From: Epithemia pelagica
Lineage: Eukaryota > Protista > Bacillariophyta
Assembly (NCBI GenBank): GCA_946965045.2
Contig: OX337228.1
Location: 6,138,001 to 6,202,000, forward strand
Direction of reading: 5' to 3'
Length of the DNA: 64,000 nt
Part shown: positions 42,964 through 55,200 of the stretch, one piece after another
How positions within the stretch are numbered: the stretch's first letter is position 1
Layout: each line of letters opens with the position of its first letter
Program-made: the position numbers and the translations under genes
Notes under the pieces: generated by a model
What the model saw: the letters and a program-made list of their open reading frames with translations, nothing else
The model's database searches: none
Told to the model about the DNA's origin: nothing

Positions 42964-45900
42964 TTACATCAACTTTCTCAAAGCTTGTTCAGCTTGCATT
43001 TGGAGTTCAGGAGAGTCTGCCTTGGTTTTGATTTCCATTAGTCTCCTTGCATCTCGAATTCTAATTGCTTCTTCCAACGCTCGCTTCCACATTCCAGCTT
43101 CGGACAAGAGGTCACATCGTTCTTCGGCCGCGGTTATTTTTTCAATGTACTTGACGATTTCTGTCGATGGTTGGCGGCCGCGAATGGCCGCCCGAGCAAA
43201 GGGAGCATATCCAATCGGAGATTTACTACGAGAGTCAGCAAGGAGTCTCAGATTCGACCATTGTGCCGATTCCGAAAAGGCCTTCACTTTGATATGCCAC
43301 AATCGACGGTCTGGAATGCGAAACTTCTTTGCGATCTTGTCTACATCCGACAATAAACGGTGCTGTTCTCTAACATGAGTCGATGCATAATGTATAACAG
43401 ATACCAGAGTGGCTGTGACAGATGTGGTGGGTGGAACTACCTCCGAAGAGCCGTACTTGGTCCTGATGACTTCTTGATCCTTCAAAAGTTCCACGTACTC
43501 ATCAGTGGATTGCTTGTAAAACGTCGTCTCCTTTCCTAGACCAAACAACCGGCTTGACTCTTGGAGAATTCCCAACTGTTCTCGTGGATCATCTTCCACC
43601 ATTGACCTCTTTGCCAAGACAATGGCAGCATCTGTAAATCTTTGTGCTCGAACCAGCAATGTGACAGCACTATTGCCGCCTGACACGATAGCGTCCCCCG
43701 TAGAAGTTGACGGAGCGGCCACTGTGGCGCCTCCCGTCGCCAAGTAATATCTTCGCAGTGTGTGAAATGCCTCAGGAGGTAACTTGGTAATTACTGTCTG
43801 CCAAAATGTTGACTGCGATTTGGCAATCTCACTCGCGTTTGTGGCTGTGGCTAAGCAGGCCTTGTCTAGTTGCATCAACGTGGAGAAGATATAGTCGGAG
43901 TCGCGTGCAAAGGTGGCGACTGCCATTGCATCCACATAAGATCCATTTGAGATCAATGCTGGAACCTTGTCAGAAACCGAACTCTCCAAGAGGAGAAGCA
44001 AATTCGCAACAACCGGTCTCCCTGCCTTGGTTGCTGCCATTGCCACGGTGGCATAGGCTCCCCGGTACAGAGTGCTATTGTTTTTGTTCTTTGCAACCAC
44101 CTGACTTGGTGGGCTCTTTTCGTCCTCCTCCAAAGCGCTTTCAGTTTCGTTTTGAATAATGGCTATGGCCTTTTCAGCAGTCACCGTGTCTGACTGAGTT
44201 TCGCCACCTTGAGCATGGGCCATTTGAACGTAGGCAGCCGCTTTGGCAGCTCGTGAATACAGCTGAACTGATTTAGGAAGACGAAGATAAACCGCCAAGC
44301 GACTAGCCAATGCTGGGAAGCGCATTGAGATGAGCCTACTGACGATACCAGTTGGGGTGAGGACATCGTACTGTGCCAACGTTAGAACAAACCCGACTTT
44401 GGGATTCCTCAAGGCATTTAAAATACGCAACTTCCGACAAGAACTGACAAACTTTCTTGTAGTCAACCAAGGTAAAACCATTTCGTGGCCATTGTATGGT
44501 TTTTCGTTCTCTCGTTTCTCCTCATTGTCTAGATCGTACGGCCCTCCCATAACCTGCGCCGTGCAGTTATTCATGTTCGTCGAAGCTTGTTTCTGTTTCA
44601 AAAACTGCATTCCATAAGAAGCAGCCCTCAATAAACGCTTTTGGGTGGCAATGTCAAACTCCTTTGTAGCAGCTTCAATACAACAAGCAATATCCTCATC
44701 TTTGGGAGGGTTTTCGGTCAGGAGGACATCATCCGATACACTGCCTGCCGCGAAGGCATCGGCTGCCTCCAGTAGAAGAGCCGAGCCTTCAATGGAACCA
44801 ATGCGAAGCAAGTTCGCAGTCATGGGAGGTACTCGCTGCAGTAATTCCACGGCAGAATCTGTAATTACCCGACAAGCATCCATTTCAGGAATGAGATGCA
44901 CCGACGTCGTGTTGTTGTAGCAAAATCGGAGCCAATCCCCGTAGGGTCCAACCATCAATATGCCCATATTCTTCCAGTGCAAAACAACACTATCCTCCCC
45001 GCACCATTGCATGGCAATGGGTGGTGAGGACGAGCCTTCCGAGGTATCAAAGTCCAGAACTTTCGTTTCAAAGCTTGTGCTTACCACAGTAAGCATACTG
45101 GCCTCTGTGAAGCACGCCAAGAAACGCCCATTGGGACAAAAGCTCATATCTACAATGGGCGAAGCCAAGCGGTGCCGACAATCAACGTCCACTAGATCCA
45201 TGGTGGCCGAAACGGGAACCACAACCACCGAATGATCGTCGGTGCTTAAGAATACTTCTGGACGTCCATGGCTGGTACAATGTCTGGGGAGAACAGCCAG
45301 TGTACGAAAGGACTTGAAATGAGACGCACACCACTCGGAGGCAACCGTGAGAGGCGTGACGAGGGCCATGATGGTCGAATGAGTGGTGGAATAGGAGGCT
45401 GGAAGGTCGAGATTTTTGTCTGTCGAGGACGATCGGTTCGTTATTTCTCTCGCCGCCAAATGGGCACTTTGCAAATAGGTGACATCCAATGATTCATGCA
45501 ATAATTCGGCAATGGCAACCTGCTTGGTGTGAGAGAGACAGGCCACGCCTTGTCCATAAATGTGGGCCCGCATAACATCACCACCCTCGGCAAAAAGAAA
45601 GAAGGGTGGCAAGACCGGTTCCCCTTGAATGTCATAGGTGAAGCAAAGGGAATCACGCATGAGAACAATGAGAATACCATTTTCTGTAAAGCCAATTTTG
45701 AAAATATCACCGGCCGATCGGAGGAACTGTTGCGCCTGTTGAGGAGCTTTTTGTTGTGATTGAGCTCCACTACTGCTACCTTTCTTCTTGGAGGGCGTAT
45801 TGGATGTACTGGCTGCTGATGTCGTATTTTGTGGAAACGGGATTCGGCCCAACAATTTTCCTGAATTGGAAAGGATCCTTACTTGTGTGCTCGTAAACCG

Positions 45901-46638
45901 ATGCGCCGCACTACTGGAAGAAGAAGAGGATGCACCCCCACCAGAACGATGGTGAAGAGGGAGAGTGACAGCTGCAATAGGTCCTCCATGAGGGCATCCC
46001 ACTACCTGTGTAACGGTTGAAGTTTGAATCCATTGTCTCATTTCGCGAGCATCGAACAACGCATTGCCAGCCATATTCGTCGACGAGGACGACGTCATGA
46101 GAGAGGATTTTCCTCCCATGATGGAGGATGGAAACTGTGCCAAACCACCTCCACTACTAAACATTCCACTAGTACCGGTTGAGTCGGTCCATCGAACATT
46201 TTGATAAATGGGGATTCTTCGATAGGGCAAATCTCCCAAATATTGCCATGACGCTTCGGCCGAGGGCGGTGGTTCCGTCAAGAAATGAGCTCCTGCGCTC
46301 GAACCACCCGATCCCAAGGCCCCATTGGCTGCCACAGCCGTCGCTGCTGCTGCCGCAGCGGCTGCTGCAAGATCCTCATCGACTGGTTCTTCGTCATCCT
46401 CGCTGTCAAATGGATTGTGGCTCGGTGGATAAAACGATGGCTGTTGTTCTTCCGGATGCGATAATACATCTCCTTCTGATGAATCTGGAGGATCAAAGGG
46501 ATTGCTGGTTGAACGAACCGTCAGTTTGGGTCGAGACACCAAGCCCTGTTGTTGTTGCGATTTGTGTGATTTGCGGTCCAATGCGGAGGAGGGTGTATCA
46601 TCCTCGAATGGATTCGTGCTACCGTTTCCCCTCGGCAT
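42964..46638 (-). CDS. VPS16: Vacuolar protein sorting VPS16 (HOPS/CORVET)
   Basis: 1224-aa ORF: WCGEDSV, GPYGDW, E.DACRVITD, LLRAASYG, LRILNALR, RLWHIKVKA, KSPIGYAPF. Confidence 0.92.
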   Translation of the reverse strand: MPRGNGSTNPFEDDTPSSALDRKSHKSQQQQGLVSRPKLTVRSTSNPFDPPDSSEGDVLSHPEEQQPSFYPPSHNPFDSEDDEEPVDEDLAAAAAAAAATAVAANGALGSGGSSAGAHFLTEPPPSAEASWQYLGDLPYRRIPIYQNVRWTDSTGTSGMFSSGGGLAQFPSSIMGGKSSLMTSSSSTNMAGNALFDAREMRQWIQTSTVTQVVGCPHGGPIAAVTLPLHHRSGGGASSSSSSSAAHRFTSTQVRILSNSGKLLGRIPFPQNTTSAASTSNTPSKKKGSSSGAQSQQKAPQQAQQFLRSAGDIFKIGFTENGILIVLMRDSLCFTYDIQGEPVLPPFFLFAEGGDVMRAHIYGQGVACLSHTKQVAIAELLHESLDVTYLQSAHLAAREITNRSSSTDKNLDLPASYSTTHSTIMALVTPLTVASEWCASHFKSFRTLAVLPRHCTSHGRPEVFLSTDDHSVVVVPVSATMDLVDVDCRHRLASPIVDMSFCPNGRFLACFTEASMLTVVSTSFETKVLDFDTSEGSSSPPIAMQWCGEDSVVLHWKNMGILMVGPYGDWLRFCYNNTTSVHLIPEMDACRVITDSAVELLQRVPPMTANLLRIGSIEGSALLLEAADAFAAGSVSDDVLLTENPPKDEDIACCIEAATKEFDIATQKRLLRAASYGMQFLKQKQASTNMNNCTAQVMGGPYDLDNEEKRENEKPYNGHEMVLPWLTTRKFVSSCRKLRILNALRNPKVGFVLTLAQYDVLTPTGIVSRLISMRFPALASRLAVYLRLPKSVQLYSRAAKAAAYVQMAHAQGGETQSDTVTAEKAIAIIQNETESALEEDEKSPPSQVVAKNKNNSTLYRGAYATVAMAATKAGRPVVANLLLLLESSVSDKVPALISNGSYVDAMAVATFARDSDYIFSTLMQLDKACLATATNASEIAKSQSTFWQTVITKLPPEAFHTLRRYYLATGGATVAAPSTSTGDAIVSGGNSAVTLLVRAQRFTDAAIVLAKRSMVEDDPREQLGILQESSRLFGLGKETTFYKQSTDEYVELLKDQEVIRTKYGSSEVVPPTTSVTATLVSVIHYASTHVREQHRLLSDVDKIAKKFRIPDRRLWHIKVKAFSESAQWSNLRLLADSRSKSPIGYAPFARAAIRGRQPSTEIVKYIEKITAAEERCDLLSEAGMWKRALEEAIRIRDARRLMEIKTKADSPELQMQAEQALRKLM

Positions 46639-47099
46639 GTTATTTGCTCACTCTCGATTCTGTAAAAGGGTAAACGCTCCTTGGTTTCAATCAACGACTT
46701 CTAGTCAATGAGCTCTCTTGTTGCGCCAATCTGTTCATCAAGATCCCCGTCCATGAGATCAATGCCAGAGAAATAGTTTGCATTTGACCCCCTGGTTTCA
46801 TGTGTTGGTCCCGATAAATAAGGGGGTGCGTTGTTTTGATTTTTGGTTGTACCCCGCTCTCTACTACCGTAGCTCATATTGTAGAGTCATATAAATGAAG
46901 ATTCCTGAGCGTCCGTAATACATCCGTTTAAAAGGATTCTGTCCGGTAAATTCATCAAGAGCGAAAAGGAGTGAAGAAGTACATGCCAACGATTCAGACC
47001 CACACAAACGTCGTCCGTCTCGAACCACACATTGCCACCAACTTGATTTTGCACCCAGCAACTCCAACGCCGTTCATTGCATTGCGAGAATCGAAAATC

Positions 47100-48767
47100 A
47101 TGGGTGAACAATGGGATTTGACAAGCTCTGTGAGTCCATACTTGGACCGGCACATGATGTTCCCTTTGCTGGAGTTTATGGACAATCTTATTGCCAGCAA
47201 ACAAATTGGCTACGAGGCGGACCATGTTCAGGCCGCTCGCTTGGCCTTGTTACGGCCCACCAAGATGATTGACTATGCCTTGGACATTTTGAATGGTGAC
47301 GGAGCGGCGGCAGTTGCCAGCAACGATTCGTCCGATCGCATAAAACAAGAATTGCAGGAAGAAAAGACACGGGTTCTCCAACAATTAGAAGTCCTCAAAG
47401 AGGGATGCAGTAAATTACAGGATATTTGTGGGAACGAGGAAGAATTGGTACGTACGATCTTGGCTGATGTCAAATGTCCTGGAATAATTGGGATGTGAAT
47501 GTCGGACCACACTCATGTTTCGATGTTTTCGTAGACAAAGCTCAAGTCTGCAGGTCAGTGGAACGTTGCAGCCCTGGAGCAACGCCATGGCATTACTAGA
47601 GAAACGATCAACACCTATCTCCAGTTTGCACGTTTCAAATATGATTGTGGAGATTACAAAGCTTCACGGGACATGTTGACACATTACATTGCTCTCTTTG
47701 CCCATCCACCGCCGGCTGCCGACAGCAACAAGGCGTCGGAAGAGGATGAGTTTTTGCAAGAAACGAGTAATACGACGACTGCAGCTTCTTCGTCGTCCCA
47801 AGCTTCCACGGGGAATCCATCCATGTATTACCTGCAATCGGTGGACAAGGAATTCTTGAAAGTGCTGTGGGGGAAATTAGCGAGTGAAATTATGGCCGAA
47901 GATTGGGAAGCCGCGTCCAAGGCTGTCGAGGCAGTTCGCACGGCCATTGAATCCATGGCCGGCAGCGGCAACTCGTCATCTTCTAAAGCTTCTTTGACTC
48001 CCCTGGAAGCCTTGCAACAACGTACATGGCTTCTCCACTGGTCCTTGTTTGTATTTTGGAACGATGCCGCCAATGGGTTGGAGCATTTGGTCGAATTGTT
48101 CCACAACGACCGTTACAAGCAAGCCATCACCACACATGCACCCCATTTGCTCCGATACTTGACGGCAGCTGTCTTGTTGTGCAAGCGACGGAGCAAAACC
48201 AACAAGGGCAACAATAGCGGTAACAACAGTACCCTGATGGAAGCGCGTCGTTTATTGCGCAACTTGGTGTACGTCATGCAAGACTGCGATTACTCGGATC
48301 CCATTGTGGCCTTTGTGAATTCGTTGTTGGTGAAGTTTGATTTTGACATGGCGCAGAACAAGTTGGCTGAATGTCAAGATGTCCTCAAGACCGATTTTTT
48401 CCTCTGTCATCAAACGGAGCTGTTTATGGAAGAGGCACGCGTGTTTTTGTTTGAGAATTACTGTCGTATTCACCACAAGATTGATCTCAAGGCACTGGGA
48501 TTCAAGTTTTTGGCCATGGATCCAGCGGACGCGGAACAATGGATTGTAGATTTGATTCGGACGTCTGATGTCCTACAGACAGCCAAGGTACAAGAAGATG
48601 ACTGTGTCCTGATGGAAATGGAACCGCAATCGATTTATGAACAAGTGATGGATCGAACACGTGATCTCAATGTCCGCAGTGCAACCCTTGTCCAATCGTT
48701 GCAAAATCGATTGGTGGATTTACGCAAAGAACAAGTAAAGCGCGAAAAGATGGCAATGGACGACTAA
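47100..48767 (+). CDS. EIF3E: Translation initiation factor eIF3 subunit E; intron 47448-47534
   Basis: WDLTSSVSPYLDRHMMFPLLEF, LWGKLASEI, LQQRTWLLHWSLFVF, FDFDMAQ, EEARVFLFENYCRIH (PCI domain). Confidence 0.95.
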
Positions 48768-49095
48768 GTGCTTACTGCATCATCAACGAAAGCAATTTAC
48801 GAAAGCCGCTCTCGCATTCGTCTAAAGCTATCTAAATCATCTAGAGATCTACTTTCGACATAGCGTCCTTTTCAACAGAAAGGCTAGAGTCAATAATAAG
48901 TTGGACGACTTAAAGTTACCGTCACAGGCTGATATTTTTTGCGAAACTCTAAGAGCAGGGGCAACCAAAACGAAAAAGCAATGAAACATCAATAAGGATG
49001 AAACTAGTTTATCAGTATGATCTACTCCTACAATACACTGCTGCTCCGTGGTACGCCTTGCTTCCTTTCTGCATTTTAAAGGAGCCACCACTCCC

Positions 49096-50204
49096 TCAAC
49101 CAACTGATGTTTGTCCAATCACGCTATTGAAAATCTCTACAATCTCGAGCCCCGAGACCTGAGATCTTTGAGAGACAAGTTCTGTCACCTGTTTCATTTC
49201 ATCCTCGGAAACATAGACAAACTGTCCCTGTTTCGTGATGCATCCAGCCACCCTTTGTTCGGCAATGAGTTCTTGGATCCGTGCTCCCACGCATTCACTG
49301 GACACTCCAAATCGACGAGCCAACTCATCAATGGATATAGAACGGATGGATTGCATTTCGTGAATCCATTGATCCACCATGAGAGATTCGTGTTCAGTGG
49401 ATAAAAAAGTTTCGTGTTCCAGCCGGCGTTTCTCTTCCTCCTCTGCTTTTAGCAAACGATTTTGGCGACGTTCCTCTTCCTGTTCCATCCTTTGACGTTT
49501 TTCTCGATCCAGACGCTCCTTTTTGGCGGCAGTCTCGACCTCCTGCTGATATTTCCGACGTTCCTCCTGTCGGAGATTTCGTTCCTCTTTTTCCGCAGCC
49601 TTGGCTTTTTTCTGGCGTTCCTTTCGTGATAGTTGAGGATGTGTGGGTTCCGGCTCTTGCTCGTCCACGCCGTGCTCAGGTACTGGAGCTGCGTTGTTGT
49701 TGTTGTTGTTATGAGGCACAATTTGCTGATCCTCATCCACATCTTCTTGTCCCTCCTCCCGAGGTCGTTGTTGCTGTTGCGGAACTGCACGTCGTTGTTG
49801 TTTCATAATGGCTCGAGCCCGAGCACGTCGTTCTCCCCGAGACATGCCAGCCACATCCGATTGGACCAAACGAGCTTCATAATCTGTCGAATTTTCCACC
49901 TCTTCCTTTTCTAGCTCCTCTCTCGTTTTCAATCGGAGCATGAGAACACTAAACAAGGCTTCAACCAGACAAGAATCAGATGAAAGACATGAGAACGCGA
50001 TTGATCGTTAGGAACCGTATTGTCACCTGTCGCAACGAAAACAACCGGTCCCATACAGAAAGCGCTGTGCCTTTTGACCAAAAAGAACTCACTGAAGGCG
50101 AGAAAGCCGAATCCAATCAATGATATTATGAGCAAGTACGTATCTGAGATCCCGATACCAAAGATTTCATTTTCTCCGTTGGATGCATCATGATTCTCCG
50201 CCAT
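49096..50204 (-). CDS. DDRGK1: DDRGK1/UFBP1-like UFMylation adaptor; predicted intron 49959-50092
   Basis: The splice (GTGAGT...AAG) builds an N-terminal TM (YLLIISLIGFGFLAFTLFSVLML), then a charged coiled coil and a winged helix (SIDELARRFG...GQFVYVSEDEM). Confidence 0.8.
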
Positions 50205-50470
50205 GGTGAAAGTCCACTATCTCATCTCGCCCCCTCATCTCCCGTGTGTGGCGGGGTTTGTGATGAGATTGAGATAGACCCATAGCTGAGTCCCGAATAT
50301 GACTCAATGATACAATCGAATGGCAATCACGAATCACGATTCACGATGTTGATGCCAATAAAAAAATGACACTTCATCAATCTCTTCACCACAAATGCTG
50401 ACTATCAATTAATACGACGATAACGACAAGATCATTCCAGTAGGAGCACAATCAACATCAGCATCTCATC

Positions 50471-51713
50471 ATGGCAATTATCAATCGAGACGGATGGAAA
50501 AAACAACCATTGCAAGCTATCCTCAAGACCAGTACTGGCAGTAGTAGCAGCAACCAAAACAAGAAGAAAAAGAGGCGATCCATTTCGTGGTGGACACTTG
50601 CCTTGGTGGTGCTTGTGCTGCTCAGTCTATGGTTTGATCCATCCTCTTCGTTGTCTCCATCTGATTGGTTTGCGTGGTTTTCCACCCATCCTCATCAACC
50701 CTGGCATTCCCCGAAAAACGTTGGGTAATGCATTGGTGCAGAAGGGTACCAATTTCGTCTCACAACGCAACAGTCCCACAACGGTGAAGGACGGTAAACC
50801 GGAACGATGGCTAAAAACCTTGTTGCTGGAGCAATATTGGCAAGAATTTTTGGAAGTTTATCGGAATCGCCCGAATTCTGGCAATCGATGTGGTATTCGA
50901 TTGAATCATGCCTATGCCTTGTTTCTTACAGTCAAACAGTTGCAACCCAAGACTATTTTGGAATCGGGTGTCAATGCGGGTCAATCTACCTACTTTTTAC
51001 GACAGGCGGCCAAACCGCATACGCCACATATTTACTCCTTCGATCCGGCCGATCGTCCCATCTGTGGACATGCCAAACGATGGTTGGATACCAATCATAC
51101 ACCAGATTATACACACTATTATTTGGGAAAGAACGACTTTGTTGATGTGACGGAATTAGATTGGTCTCGAGAAATAGAGGCTGGTCGAGTGGTTCGAAAT
51201 TCTACTCTGGTCTTTTCGGACGATCATTTGAATTCCTTTGAACGCATCCGATCGCTCTTACCACATGGCTTTGTTCATGTATTGGTCGAAGACAATTACA
51301 TGGTTGGGCGGGGTTCAACAGAGGCAGACAGGGCCGGATTTACACCCAAACAATTGTTGGCTCGTCGCGATGCCGACGCTCACTGGTTTTGGAAGCACTT
51401 GCAGTCCTATTCCGAATTTCCACCCCTTGTGGCACCCAGTTTGGCGCACAATTACCCTGGCGGTCCCAAATTAGGCTATCTACATTCCTCTGCGAATCGA
51501 AAAGCCTTGAGGTACCTGGCAGAACCCTTGTTGCGTGTTGACTTGTACGATCCCAAGAACAATCTCAAGAAGAAGGATCCTTACCAGGACGATTGGCGGG
51601 CCTATCAACAATTGTGTGAGGCCGCCCACGCCAAAACCAGTCTGATTGACGAACATTCGTATCAACAAGTCATGAATTACAATCAAATGGCCTATCTCCA
51701 TCTCCGACCGTAA
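50471..51713 (+). CDS. Type II membrane SAM-dependent methyltransferase-like protein; predicted short intron 50725-50773
   Basis: N-terminal TM (WWTLALVVLVLLSLWF) in one frame and catalytic-like region (TILESGVNAGQSTYFLRQA, LVFSDDH, VEDNY) in another. A 49-nt GT-AG intron joins them in frame. Confidence 0.7.
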
Positions 51714-52234
51714 ACGCATAACGTACCGTGGACTAGAATGATGACCAGGATACGCGTTCATACGCAAACGACCAAGCCGAAGGAGTGTCAACATCTAATT
51801 TTGCGACCATCATATCTTGTACATGAAACAAAGAAACGCTCTAAATGACCTTTGTTCCAATCGTCAAATGACTTCACGGTAAGAAGGGCATGGGGAACCA
51901 TTACAGGATGACACCCTATTGTTTATCATATGTCGCAATCCATTTGTTCATGAAGCGTAAAAGAAAGTTTATCCCTCCAATCGCACGCCAAATCCTCGAG
52001 ATACTCAAAGTCTCTCAATGAGGCACACATCCTATCACATTGCTATTCGAAACCAAGATCGTTCAATACAAAACAAAGAGTAGAATGCATCAATCCGAGC
52101 GAGGTCTAATTGTTATGCCTAACGTAAAAACTTTGCCCCTTCTTTCACCTACCGTGTCACCCCCTCCAAAAGTTTTCCTTACTCGTTCGCGTCGTCCTGT
52201 TTCCCGCTGGCATTGTCAAACCTATCTTCTTTTT

Positions 52235-55200
52235 CTAGGCTTTGGCATCCATTTGGTCAGCGTCGGCATCTTTGGCACTTCCGGAAGCACTGGGCAAGGT
52301 ATCCGTTCGTTGCCACAAGTACAGATAGGCGTGTTCGACGGGTGGATGCTCCGATTCGGCCACTTTTTCATCGTTAAAGATGATCCATTGAGGTTTTGGT
52401 TGGTCCGGTGTTTGTACCAATACATGAGCGACGTAGTGGCCACTGCCTGTATGTTTGCCAATGTGGGAGATCAAACCCACCAATTGGTAAGTTGAGCACG
52501 TGGTGGAATCTTCCAAGGGAGGCAGTTTCGTCTTGGCAACCGTCGCCGTGGCCGCTGCCTCAGTGTCATTAGCAGCGGCAATCATGAGGGCATCCAATTC
52601 TTCCATGTGCGAAAAAAGCCAGTCGGCCGCCCGATCGGCAGCTCCATTCGTCTGCTTCAATCCAAAGCGAACTTGATCTGTGGTAAAACACCCCAACATT
52701 TCCACCAACGATTGAACTGTGGCATCGTCAATCCCATCGGTTGTCGAGGAAGCAGCAGCGGCAGCGGGTGTTTCGTCAACAGGAGGCAAGGGATCGTTAA
52801 AGTCTGGATCCGTGTTGTGTTCAAAGACCCAGGTCATGGCAGCTTCCACATCACTTCCCCCGACGGCTGTTAAGGCACGTTGACACGAATGAAGAGAAAA
52901 TCCCATATCCATGAGTTGTGCCAAGGCCCCTTCATCCAAAACTGGACGTGATGGTTTGGCAGCGGCAGGGGCTGGAGCGGACGTGCCATCGTCTTCTTCT
53001 TCCGGAACCAAGACTTCTCCAGGTTGAGGACCACCCTGGGCCTTGTATTTGGCCAAGTCGATTTTATAGACATTTTTCTCTTTTTGTTCGGGCACTTTGA
53101 GTTCGACTTGCAACTTGACGGGTTGCCAATCGTCTCCCAGGGTATAGCGTTGTAATTGCATCATCAGGTAGGGTGGGAAATTGCGCAGCTTGGTGCTTTG
53201 CAAGGCAGCATGACGTGCATTGTCCAAGTGCGGCCAACGAACATCGTCCACCACGGTTTCCGCCGCCCAAGCATCCAAACAGGTTTCCAACGAAATTTGT
53301 GGTAGCTTCGGAGGCTTTTCGGTCGTTGTCGTTGTGCCTGGAGCACTTGTGTTGGTCGAAGTGGAGGATGGCTCCGTGGTGGAAGCTCCAGTGGTGTTAC
53401 CCGCACCACTCTCTGGTTGTGATATTGTTGCTGCTGCTGAACTTGTTTGAGTAGGATGCTCTTCTTCATCATCAGTCAAAGCCATGGTAGCTGTGGTCAC
53501 GGTTGTAGCCGAAGCGGCCGTCGCCGCTGTACTATTGCTTCCTGTATCCATGGCACCGGCGGCGGCCGCAGCCGCAGATTCAGTTGTGGGTGTGGTTTCC
53601 ATGGGCGTCACAGTCGGGGAGGGACTGCTTTCGACGGGTGGTTCCATGGCCGTATCAGCTCCCTCGACCGCCGGCGGTGAGGATCCTTCTGTTTCGGTTC
53701 CCTTGTGTCGTTTTTGATCAGGTTCCTGATTAGCATCGTCTCCTTCGATACCCGTGTTATTGGCGTTATTGGACGACTGCTCTTCGACCGCAGGTGTCGT
53801 GGCCAATTCCATAGGAATGCGAAGGGTCCAAAGAGTTTCGCGTCCTCCGCCGCCCCCTCCTTGTCCTTGTTGATACTTGACCTTTTGATCGGCTGTACAA
53901 ATGGATTTGGTTTCGGTTCCAAAGGAAAACCAATGAGAAGAGGGATAAAACAAGACTTCTTCGTCTTGTTTTTTGTCCTCGGTCGCTTCTTGTTTACCGT
54001 CTGCATCTCCCCCCACATTGTTGGCCAAGGAGGAGGCTGAATAATAGACTTGTTCGGCTCGATCCAATTGTTCCCAAAAGTATTGCAAATATTGAGCAGC
54101 ATCTTGTTGTTGACCCGTGCAGAAATCGACATGACGCTGTGCAATGGTATGTTTGAACATGCGAGGAGCCAATCGAAATTCAAAGGGTTGAATCATGGGC
54201 AAGGGCTTTGAAGTGGTACTAGGTTCCTCCTCTGCTGTCTTCTTCTTCTCGTCCTCCTTGTCATGATACATGCCTGCCACCAAGGCTGTAGCCAATTTGG
54301 CTGTTTGTACCAAGACATGGTCAGGAGCCTGTGAGGGTGGGAGGGTTGCTGCAAACGGATTGTAGGATGTTGTCGTTGTCGTTCCGACATAACGCTGTTG
54401 CAATTGAGGCAAATGAAACAAGACTTGAGCGACCGAATTGAGGTAACACGAATTGCCCAAATTTTGCAAGCCTTGCAAGGACGGTCCCTGTCGTGGCACC
54501 AACCGTTTGTTGTCCTCGGTAATATTGGTTTCGGCAAAGAAATTATACGTGGCATTGAGTTGAACTTCTTTTTCGGCCGTGGAATGCACCGTCTTTTGCA
54601 ATTGACGCAAGACGGCCGCAGTGGCGGGACCTCGACGTTCCAACAAGTGACGCAAATTGGTAATGTGGACTGGTCCATCTTCGTCGGGGGCATAGGAATA
54701 ACAATCGGCCGTCAACTGCCAATCATCACTGTTGCTCGTGTTGTTTACGACCGCTAAGGTCCCCAATTTGACCACGAGAGGATACTTGCCACCCGTTTCA
54801 TTGAAATGATCCAATGCTCCATTGGTACCACCCGATCCATCCCATTGCAATCGTCCTCCTCCAACAAAGCCATCACTGAGATTGAACCAGACATTGTCGG
54901 TGGCGGTGGCATTGACATGATTGGGATGTTGTTGACAGGTCCAAAAGCGGGGATCCATGGGTAAGGCAACATCATTGTCCACATGAGGTATGGTATTGGC
55001 ATATTTGGTGACGGGCAAGGCCTCTTGACCTTGATCCAACTGCCATGCCTCGACTTGTTGTTGCAAAGTCGAACCAGCTTGGGTAATGACAAAGTCCATG
55101 GCCTCACACACTCGTTTGGGCAACCACTCACGAGAATTCTTGTCGCTGTTAGGGATCTCCTCCTCGCTGGTCAAACTATAGGGATATTCGGCCACCACTT

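Noticed and set aside
50260-50289. C-box (GTGATGA) and D-box (CTGA) pair suggesting a snoRNA
   Set aside because: Only about 30 nt apart, too short for a C/D snoRNA, and no terminal stem.
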